DNA of 64,000 bases. Origin: a virus. Location of the stretch: IMG/VR virus record IMGVR_UViG_3300044966_000489, one strand, 5' to 3'. The translations under genes and the position numbers were made by a program. Under the pieces are notes generated by a model that worked only from the letters and a program-made list of their open reading frames with translations, made no database searches and had not been told where the DNA came from. Positions 55,953 through 64,000 of this stretch are shown piece by piece (position 1 is the stretch's first letter; the number at the start of each line of letters is the position of its first letter).

Positions 55953-58900
55953 TTATTCCGTATACCTTTCAGTTACAAGTTTAGAAACATCCTTACGCTC
56001 TGCAAAAATTGTATAGTAATAATTATATATATTATCATCACTATCTGTATAAATGTACACTTTGTTGTGGCCTATTTGATCTACACTATAGTTTCTTATT
56101 TTACCATCTTTGCGTTTGCCTATTGATGTTAAATCAACGGTTATTGAATCATCATGAACTAAACCTGACCAATAATGAGGTAGGTTTATTTCGCTATTAT
56201 TATTTTGGCCTCTGAAATAGACGCCGTTTTCTGGGCCTTCTAAAGAGGCATGCGCCAATCTCTTGCCAGAAATTGTTGGGTGAGTTATATCGAAACTCTT
56301 TGTCGTAGCCGCAAAACTACCATTAACTTGAAGCCTATAAGTAGTATTACTTACTGTATTTATACCTACATAAGTACCATCATCAAAGATTTGGCTATTT
56401 GTTACTGATTTAGTGCCATTCCATTTCGTAATATAATTTAAAGTACCATTACCAGATACTAGATTTGCGGCAGTAACGTTTCCTACTACTATTAAATTTC
56501 CATCTGATTTAATTGTGTCTTCTGCGGATCTGTAAAAATTAGCTTCAGCATCATTACCAAAACTCATTCCACTTACAGCGGTCACAGAGGAAGTTGGACC
56601 TATATTTAATAAAGCTGGCGGAGTATTTCCAGCATTTCCTGCTATATTTAAACGACCTTCTTTGTTAAGAACCATCGCTATTCTGCCGCTAGAATAGAAA
56701 TAAGTTTGCTGTACGGAAGCTCCATGATTAAATAAAACTAATGATGGAGCATTTCCATCTGTAGTTGTCGCATAAGGACCAACATAAGCGACATTTAAAG
56801 AAGTAATTCCAAGCATTTCAACAGCTAGACCAGTACTGCTAGTGAAAGCAACAGAGCCGCCTGAAATTTGTAGTTTATGTTGTGTGTTTGTTAATCCTAT
56901 TCCAACGTTTCCGTTATTCGCAATTGTCATTCTGGTATTAGCAGCAGATCCTGCTGATGTACCAAATTCAAGTCTATAATAGTCTATTCCAGCACCTTGT
57001 ATACCTCTTACATAAGCTGAATATGGATAATATGTTGATTGAGCGTTGCCTAATTTTAATTCAGCATAGTAACCATCAACATTGCCATCTACTGATACTA
57101 AAATCGTAGAAGGAGAAGCCCCTTGGAATGTAGCTACTGGATCAGTTCTGTTATAATAAGCTGTACCATTAGAAGCTATTACTGATAATTTATTTAATGG
57201 CTCTGTTGTGCCTATGCCAACTTTACCTGCTTCATTTATTGTTATCTTTGCATCTGATAAAGTAGCATTGCTAGAACCAGCTTGAGGTCCATTTAAAATG
57301 TGAACTTTGCCTTGAGCGTTGCTTGAAGTTAAATCTGTTCTTTCAAAAACAATGGCAGATTTTCTATATAAGTTATTGTCTTCTCTATATCCAAAATGTA
57401 TACCGCACCAATTTCCAACGCCTAATGACGTTGCTCCAACAGTTACGAAATCATTACTTGAAGAAATAGCATCAAGAGGTTTTTGAGGAATAGTTAAACC
57501 TACACCTACATTACCATTGCTTAAAATACTTAATCTCTCAACCCCCGCATCATCATCAATAAAACGTAAACGATCATTTGCTATGATGGTCCATTCGCCA
57601 TCTATATTCTTCATTTTGATTCCAGCATTACCCGCGCCAGAATTTCTTGCGTAGAAGAATGTATTACTAGTATTTAAATCATTATATAAATAAACTTGCT
57701 CGCCACGAACGTGCAATCTTTGCGCTGGGCTTGTTGTATTTATTCCTACATTGCCACCATCAGGATTTAATAACAATGAAGTAGCAGAACCGGGGAAAGC
57801 AGTTAATGCTTGAATTTTATCAGTAACATAAGTAATTCCACCTAAAGCAGTTGTACCAATAACTTTTAATTGCGCCCATGAATCTACGGAACTTGTACCA
57901 ATTCCGACTTTGCCTTCAACAGTTAAGCCATTTGCAGGAGCGGCGACATTGAAAGAGTTACTACCTATGCTTGCCGCGCCAATTACAGAGAGTTTATTAG
58001 CTGGATTGGTCGTGCCAATTCCTATTTTATTATTAACTAAAACAAAGTCGCCGCTATTGTACTGTCCAGCTACAATACGGTCATCAGCAAAAACTTCCAA
58101 CACAGGAAGACCTGCTCCATTATTAACAGAGAAAAGCGAATCACTTAAATCATCAACAACGGATAATAAAGTTCCATTCGTTCCATCTACTCTTAGGACA
58201 GTTTCATTAGCAATAGAAGAAACGATATGAAGCTTGCCACTTGGCTGAGTAGTGCCTATGCCTACATAAGATCCGGGTTTGATCTTAATTGCAGTTTCCC
58301 AATTAGTTGCTGAAAGATTTCCTATATTAAGATTTAAATTATCTGTATAAGAATCAGGATATAAATTAGTTAAAAGTTGAACGTAGCTTAAAGCTCTAAT
58401 ATAGCCACCTGCTATAAATGCACCATCTGTTCTAATAGTATCTTCTGCCGAACGATAAAGATTAGCTTGCGCATCTCCGCCAAAAGTTATACCACTTGCT
58501 GGTCCTGTAGAACCGGCACCACCAACCGACAAGAGAGTAGTTGGAGAAGCAGTTCCTATACCTACATTACCACCATTAAAATAAGATGTGCCATTTGCTT
58601 GAATATCTACTTTGGTAGTAGTATCACTTCTCATTAACAAACGAGCATCATTAGAAGCATTGGTTGAAAGTATAAATGTATTTTTGCCAGCAGTATTAGG
58701 CGAAATATATACATCTCCATTTACATCTAATTTAGCACCGGGACTTGCTGTTCCTATTCCAACTTTTCCATCATAAGTGAATCTAACTGACTCCGTTAAA
58801 CTAGTATCTCCAGTAGCTCTTCTAGATGAAAAAGCTAAATCGCCTAATCCATATCCATTTCCATTCAAGAACAAAGATTTAATTGCCCACTGAGGAGTAT

Positions 58901-61900
58901 ATGTTCCAGCATCATTTACATTTGCAAACAATACTGAACCACCTTGATTTGAGTTATTTAAAGAACTTGCTACTAATATTGAGCCGCCTTTGTTACCTGC
59001 ATCAGTTACATTTGCGGTTGCTTGATTTGCGCCAATTACAGTAAGTTGATAATTTGGATTCGTAGTTCCAACTCCAACATTATTGTTGCCCATCAAAGTT
59101 AAAGCAGGAGTAGAGTTAATTGCAGCACTAGAATTGGTATAAAATTTTAATCCCCATCTGTTACCTGCTACGGCTGAATAATATTGGGCTATTCTTGCTG
59201 CAATTTTATGAGCTTCATCATCATAGAAATCAATTCTGTTCTCTGTATTTGTGCCATAACCAGCAGAGTGTTCTAAAACTAAAAGAGTTTGATCTCCTGC
59301 ACTAGCATTTTTAATATGAACATTTCCTGAAAGATTTGCAGATATTCCTGCGCCAATTTTACCATTTGAATCAACTATTAAATCATAACCATTACTTCTT
59401 GAAATACATAATGGGTCATTTGTTTGAGAACCAGCGACACCAATCCATCCAGTAGCTGTAAGCCTAGTTAATAAAAGATGTTTTGAATCTGATAATGAAG
59501 CGGCATCATTTAATCTAAGAGTAGATCCATTTGCTGTAGCTGGACCAGTTATATCTAATTTATAAGCAGGAGCAAATGTTCCTATTCCTACTCTTCCTGA
59601 TTCAGTAGTATATATTTGTTTTGTATTTTCAGAAGTAGAAGTGACATAAGTATAAGGCGAAGTCCATGAACTTGAAGATAATACAAAAGAATTTGGTGTT
59701 GGGCCAGTTGACGTTACCGTAATTACATTAGCGTATCCAGTGCCATAACTACCATTTACTAATCCATTAGTTTTTAATACTAAAGCTACTGATCCATAAC
59801 CATTTGGAGCAGTGTTAGACATTACATTTAATATAACATCATCAGTATTACAGTTATAAGTAGAGCATTCTAATAACTTAACATTGCCCCACATGTCAGT
59901 TGGACGGTAAGAATTAGAAGCATTAGCAACAAAAATACCATTCCAAGATACATTACCACCATCAACAGTAACTTGTATAAGCTGATTAGAGTAACTATTA
60001 TTTCCTAATAATACCGTATATTGACCCCAATTTGCAGTAGTTGATTTAGCGACAGAAGAATAATAAGCATTATTTCCGTTATAAATTAAGCCAGCAACTG
60101 TAAGAGATCCATCTGTTTTAATTGTGTCTTCTGCTACACGATATAGGTTAGCTTGAGCATCATTTCCAAAAGTTAATCCGCTTGCTGCGGTTGTAGAACC
60201 TGCTCCTCCAATACCAAGTAATGTTGCGGGACTAACTATACCTATTCCAACTTTGCCAGCATTAGTTATATTTAATATTTTATTTGCAAGAGGTACTCCG
60301 GGAGCATCATTTCCGATAACATAAGTACTTGTATTATCTGTTGTTACTCTTGTGCGCCAAGTATTAACTCCCGCATGATCAAAATAAATGTAATCACTAT
60401 CGGCTGATTGATATACAGAAAGAGTTCCACGAACATCTAGCTTGGTCTGAGGATTTGTTGTACCTACACCAACATTTCCGCCTCTTAAAATAGTTAATCT
60501 TTGCTGCAATCCACCAGCAACAGAAGGACGAGTATAAAATCCTAAAGCGTAACCATTATCATTTGCATTTTCATTGTAAGCTGCTATTTGAGCATTTTCT
60601 TGAAGTTCATTTCCAGCAGTTCTTCCTTTAAATACAATAGATGATCCAAAATTAGTAGTAGTAGCACTAGCATAATCAGAATTAAGCGTTAGCATTGGCT
60701 GCAAAGTGCCTGAAGTAGCAGGAACTTTATATAGATCTAATAAGTAGCCCGGATTAAATGTGCCAATACCTACATTACCATTAGAAGTGTCTATACGAAC
60801 TCTTTCTGAACCGCCTCTAAAAACAATTGCTCCATTTGCAGAATTACTAATTACTCCAGTTGTATTTTCTTGAGCTATATATAGATAATCACTGCCAGCA
60901 CCAACACCATCAGTACTATCTGGATCTAATACTAAATAAGACCTTCCTCCTATTAAAGTGTCTTTACCTAATAGATAACCTCTAGCTCCATCATCTCCTC
61001 TTAAATTCCCTTGAACAAATACGTCTCCTTTTACATCTAATTTATATTGAGGATTTGTTGTACCTATGCCTACATAATTACTAGTTCTAAAATTTATTGG
61101 AGAATTTAATTGATAAACTCCAGTACTAGCAAATCCATAATTTAAACCAGTAGTTTGATACGCTGACCAACCTTGAGAATAATCGCTAGAACCATTTCTC
61201 GTTGTAATGCAGTCTACAGTAAATCTATTAAAATAACTAGAATCTCCACTATTTCCAAAACAAATAGCTAAATTATTGTTGGCATCTTTAGCAAGGTATT
61301 TTGGCGAACCATCATTTCCTAAATCAATTAAAGAATAATTGATGGGCGCATGGCTAGGACCGTAATCATAAAAAATAACTTTAAAATCGTAAAGTGAAGA
61401 ATTTCCATAGTTATATCCTTTTACATGGACAATTGACATTTCATAATTAACACCTAATTTAAAAGGAGTTTGAATTACATAACCGCCAACACCATAATTA
61501 TCTAAATTAAAAGTAGTAACATTTTTATATTCTTGAAATACTCCTCCATTTGCTCTTTGAGAAAAACTTCCATGTATTCTTAAAGTAGAATTAGGAGATA
61601 CAGTATTTATTCCTACATTTCCATTTGCTGCAATACGAAGTCTTTCGTTACTTGTAGAAACTGATTCAGTACCGGCAGTATTATTTGTATAAAATATTAA
61701 AGATCCTCTTCCGTAATTATCTGTTCTTTCAAAACCAATAGAGCCTTTTACTCCATACTGAGTCGATTCGCCAGCAGCAAAACCTATGCCTACTATATTG
61801 CCGGGGTTAAGTGTACCTAAATTAGTTAATTGAAGTTGATTAAAAATTTGAGAAGTTCCAGTCTCAGAAAATATATTTAATTTAGATACTGGATTTGTTG

Positions 61901-64000
61901 TGCCTATACCAATGTTACCATCTTCTCTTTTAATATTTAAAGATCGATAATGCCCACTAGCATGATATGTTCCAAGAGATACCGTGTTTGCATCAGCATC
62001 ATAACCAATATAACCTCCATAACCAGTATTTCCATAAGCGGCTCTTTCCTCTGAAAAGACTATTCTTTTAAAGTAAGTATCATTTATGTCCAACAACATC
62101 CAAGGTTCATTATTACTTGGATCAGAAATATGAAGTTTAGCAACTGGATTATCTGTTGCTATGCCAACATTTCCTTGCTGAGAAACCACCATTTGCTTGG
62201 AAAGTCCGCCGCTTACATTCCATACAGCAAAAGTATTATTCGCATCTGCTCCAATTGCTCCTTGGCCAGTAGCACTAGCCGTTCTTCCTAGAACTAATTG
62301 AATAGAGGCATTAGCAGTAGCAATTTGTGCGCCATAATTAACTCTCTTATTAGCAATTGGTACGCCAACTCCTAATTCATCAGCTACATAAAGATCTGCT
62401 CCAATATTTAAATTAGTAGTGACTTCTAAAGAGCCATCTGTTTTAATTGTATCTTCAGCAGATCTATATAAATTTGCTTGAGCATCTCCTCCAAAAGTGA
62501 TACCGCTCGCTGCTGAAGTTGATCCAAGTCCACCAAGAGAAAGAAGTGTTTGTGGATTTATAGTTCCAATTCCAACTTTACCATCAGGTTTAAAAATTGC
62601 TAATCCGCTAACTCCAGCAGCTAAAATTATTGAACTTGGATTAAGTGTCGCTAAAAGTAGATCCTCAGAAAAGCCTCCGGTAATTGCAGAAGATGCACCT
62701 ATACTAAATCTTTGATTTGTACCTTTGAAAAATTCAATTTGTGGACCAGCACCATTTCCCGTACTTCCAATTATTCTAACTGTAGAAGTACTTGTCGCTG
62801 CACCTGTGTTAGCTACTACCAATCTTACATTAGGATTAGTAATACCTATACCTACATTACCTTGAAATATAGCTTGTCCGTTTGATAAAGTAGTAGTCTG
62901 ATAAGTATCTCCAACTGCTAATCCTCCATAAATTAAAGAAGAAAAAGATGAATTATTTATTCCTGTAGTTACTCTATCATATCCAATCCATTGATTTCCT
63001 TTACCATCTATTCTTAGTGGTCCCATTGCAGTATCAAAAGAAATAAGAAAAAGAGAAGCTTTTTCGGCATTTGTATCTGATGCTTGGAATCTTGGTAATT
63101 CAAGATTCATTATTCCGTAAATATCAACGCTAGATGGTCCTCCGTCCGCAAGATCAATAATTTTAAATGCTGGAGTTGAAGTCCAAGTGCCGGGATAAGT
63201 TAATGTACCATGTCTTAAAATACCCAAAGAATAGTCTATGTTATTGCCAGAAGCATTTTGTCCAATTTGCAAGCTATAAGTAGGACTTGTTGTTGAAATA
63301 CCGACATTGCCATTAGAAGTTATACTCATTAGAGTATTTCTTCCCCCTCCCCCAACAGTATTTTCGGTGCTAAAATATAAACTTTGACCAGTTGCCCAAT
63401 CAAAATAATTTATTCCATTAGTTCTAAATAAAGAAATTCTTGCATTATTTCCTTCAGTAATTAACTCTCCACTTGCTCTTACTGTACCAATTACATCTAA
63501 CTTATAAATTGGATTATCTGTTCCTATTCCAAGGTTTCCTGCAACTGCATTAATATGGGAATCTCCATTGGCATTTAAAAGAGTTTGAGATCCAGCAGTG
63601 CCATCTCCTTTAAATATTTGAAAATACTTCCCACCGTTTGTATTTGTATTTCTAAATAATCTAAAATAAGCATTAGCACTAGAAATGTCAGGATAGTCAA
63701 TTTCTAAAAATGTATTATTATTTGACCCATCACCAACTTTAAAATTAGCTCCATCTCTTGTTAAAATCTTAACGGCACCAGTGATTGTTAATTTTTCAGA
63801 AGGATTACTTACTCCAATTCCAACATTTGCATTTTGAGACACACTCCAAGCCAAATTACTTGGACCTCTTGTAAATAAAACTGAATCACCACTTATGAAG
63901 TAAAGTCTAGCAGAAGAAGTGGCAAAACCATCTGCATTTTCAAAATAAATACCCCCCTGAGAACCAGTAACTCCTTGCTTTAAAAAAAGAACATTACCAT
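55953..64000 (-). CDS. Long tail fibre-like protein with GNVGIGTTxP repeats and a C-terminal chaperone-like domain; 5'-truncated by the window edge
   Basis: More than 2680 aa; the frame stays open from 63854 to the window end (GNVLFLKQGVTGSQGG...). About 25 repeats. C-terminal KSFDITHP...LAHASLEGPENGVYFRG...YYTIFAERKDV domain, common at phage fibre ends. Confidence 0.75.
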   Translation of the reverse strand, partial: GNVLFLKQGVTGSQGGIYFENADGFATSSARLYFISGDSVLFTRGPSNLAWSVSQNANVGIGVSNPSEKLTITGAVKILTRDGANFKVGDGSNNNTFLEIDYPDISSANAYFRLFRNTNTNGGKYFQIFKGDGTAGSQTLLNANGDSHINAVAGNLGIGTDNPIYKLDVIGTVRASGELITEGNNARISLFRTNGINYFDWATGQSLYFSTENTVGGGGRNTLMSITSNGNVGISTTSPTYSLQIGQNASGNNIDYSLGILRHGTLTYPGTWTSTPAFKIIDLADGGPSSVDIYGIMNLELPRFQASDTNAEKASLFLISFDTAMGPLRIDGKGNQWIGYDRVTTGINNSSFSSLIYGGLAVGDTYQTTTLSNGQAIFQGNVGIGITNPNVRLVVANTGAATSTSTVRIIGSTGNGAGPQIEFFKGTNQRFSIGASSAITGGFSEDLLLATLNPSSIILAAGVSGLAIFKPDGKVGIGTINPQTLLSLGGLGSTSAASGITFGGDAQANLYRSAEDTIKTDGSLEVTTNLNIGADLYVADELGVGVPIANKRVNYGAQIATANASIQLVLGRTASATGQGAIGADANNTFAVWNVSGGLSKQMVVSQQGNVGIATDNPVAKLHISDPSNNEPWMLLDINDTYFKRIVFSEERAAYGNTGYGGYIGYDADANTVSLGTYHASGHYRSLNIKREDGNIGIGTTNPVSKLNIFSETGTSQIFNQLQLTNLGTLNPGNIVGIGFAAGESTQYGVKGSIGFERTDNYGRGSLIFYTNNTAGTESVSTSNERLRIAANGNVGINTVSPNSTLRIHGSFSQRANGGVFQEYKNVTTFNLDNYGVGGYVIQTPFKLGVNYEMSIVHVKGYNYGNSSLYDFKVIFYDYGPSHAPINYSLIDLGNDGSPKYLAKDANNNLAICFGNSGDSSYFNRFTVDCITTRNGSSDYSQGWSAYQTTGLNYGFASTGVYQLNSPINFRTSNYVGIGTTNPQYKLDVKGDVFVQGNLRGDDGARGYLLGKDTLIGGRSYLVLDPDSTDGVGAGSDYLYIAQENTTGVISNSANGAIVFRGGSERVRIDTSNGNVGIGTFNPGYLLDLYKVPATSGTLQPMLTLNSDYASATTTNFGSSIVFKGRTAGNELQENAQIAAYNENANDNGYALGFYTRPSVAGGLQQRLTILRGGNVGVGTTNPQTKLDVRGTLSVYQSADSDYIYFDHAGVNTWRTRVTTDNTSTYVIGNDAPGVPLANKILNITNAGKVGIGIVSPATLLGIGGAGSTTAASGLTFGNDAQANLYRVAEDTIKTDGSLTVAGLIYNGNNAYYSSVAKSTTANWGQYTVLLGNNSYSNQLIQVTVDGGNVSWNGIFVANASNSYRPTDMWGNVKLLECSTYNCNTDDVILNVMSNTAPNGYGSVALVLKTNGLVNGSYGTGYANVITVTSTGPTPNSFVLSSSSWTSPYTYVTSTSENTKQIYTTESGRVGIGTFAPAYKLDITGPATANGSTLRLNDAASLSDSKHLLLTRLTATGWIGVAGSQTNDPLCISRSNGYDLIVDSNGKIGAGISANLSGNVHIKNASAGDQTLLVLEHSAGYGTNTENRIDFYDDEAHKIAARIAQYYSAVAGNRWGLKFYTNSSAAINSTPALTLMGNNNVGVGTTNPNYQLTVIGANQATANVTDAGNKGGSILVASSLNNSNQGGSVLFANVNDAGTYTPQWAIKSLFLNGNGYGLGDLAFSSRRATGDTSLTESVRFTYDGKVGIGTASPGAKLDVNGDVYISPNTAGKNTFILSTNASNDARLLMRSDTTTKVDIQANGTSYFNGGNVGIGTASPTTLLSVGGAGSTGPASGITFGGDAQANLYRSAEDTIRTDGAFIAGGYIRALSYVQLLTNLYPDSYTDNLNLNIGNLSATNWETAIKIKPGSYVGIGTTQPSGKLHIVSSIANETVLRVDGTNGTLLSVVDDLSDSLFSVNNGAGLPVLEVFADDRIVAGQYNSGDFVLVNNKIGIGTTNPANKLSVIGAASIGSNSFNVAAPANGLTVEGKVGIGTSSVDSWAQLKVIGTTALGGITYVTDKIQALTAFPGSATSLLLNPDGGNVGINTTSPAQRLHVRGEQVYLYNDLNTSNTFFYARNSGAGNAGIKMKNIDGEWTIIANDRLRFIDDDAGVERLSILSNGNVGVGLTIPQKPLDAISSSNDFVTVGATSLGVGNWCGIHFGYREDNNLYRKSAIVFERTDLTSSNAQGKVHILNGPQAGSSNATLSDAKITINEAGKVGIGTTEPLNKLSVIASNGTAYYNRTDPVATFQGASPSTILVSVDGNVDGYYAELKLGNAQSTYYPYSAYVRGIQGAGIDYYRLEFGTSAGSAANTRMTIANNGNVGIGLTNTQHKLQISGGSVAFTSSTGLAVEMLGITSLNVAYVGPYATTTDGNAPSLVLFNHGASVQQTYFYSSGRIAMVLNKEGRLNIAGNAGNTPPALLNIGPTSSVTAVSGMSFGNDAEANFYRSAEDTIKSDGNLIVVGNVTAANLVSGNGTLNYITKWNGTKSVTNSQIFDDGTYVGINTVSNTTYRLQVNGSFAATTKSFDITHPTISGKRLAHASLEGPENGVYFRGQNNNSEINLPHYWSGLVHDDSITVDLTSIGKRKDGKIRNYSVDQIGHNKVYIYTDSDDNIYNYYYTIFAERKDVSKLVTERYTE

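Noticed and set aside
1037-62715. Short ORFs (60-150 aa) antisense to or overlapping long genes, e.g. 7474-7719, 13415-13867, 51951-52214, 57910-58230
   Set aside because: They lie within long, motif-supported genes and have no recognisable motifs. The similarity between 51951-52214 and 57910-58230 simply mirrors the shared fibre block on the opposite strand.
49229-64000. Diversity-generating retroelement (template/variable repeat) or CRISPR array
   Set aside because: No reverse transcriptase in the window. Differences between the repeats are not confined to adenines and are not at the C-termini, and there are no regularly spaced identical nucleotide repeats.
1-64000. Contractile tail/eCIS, alternative genetic code, tRNA or rRNA genes
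   Set aside because: No sheath or baseplate-wedge genes were recognised, long ORFs tile the window under the standard code, and the intergenic gaps (all under about 100 nt) show no cloverleaf-like sequence.

Overview
AT-rich, densely coding 64-kb segment of a large tailed dsDNA bacteriophage. It is the virion morphogenesis region of a siphovirus-type phage: there is no sheath gene, the standard genetic code gives long ORFs, and no capsid, portal or terminase gene lies in the window. From left to right it holds: a truncated GT9-like glycosyltransferase and a probable ssDNA-annealing protein (+); a 1836-aa IPT/LamG structural protein and three short tail-tube-fold paralogs (-); a lambda-like tail-tip module gpM-gpL-gpK-gpK'-gpI-gpJ plus two accessory genes (+, inverted relative to its neighbours); a 3623-aa tape measure protein (TMP), two paralogous tail-chaperone-like genes, two major tail tube paralogs, neck genes, Ig- and LamG-domain proteins, and two giant repeat-built tail fibres (-; the last runs off the window). 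The most striking observation is in the TMP. About 1,200 aa in its middle form a train of enzyme-like cargo domains: a putative PD-(D/E)xK nuclease-like domain, a GHKL ATPase fused to an HExxH metallopeptidase, and a protein-kinase-like domain. Each is bracketed by a recurring G-[FYH]-I-P-N-F linker, which suggests a modular effector-delivery cassette injected with the genome. Other notable features are a candidate late-promoter motif (GTGTAA), a duplicated chaperone pair with an intervening terminator that may replace the usual G/GT frameshift, five internally duplicated tube paralogs, and a strong [ST]-G dipeptide bias in virion proteins next to a glycosyltransferase. All family assignments come from reading motifs by eye; no database searches were run.
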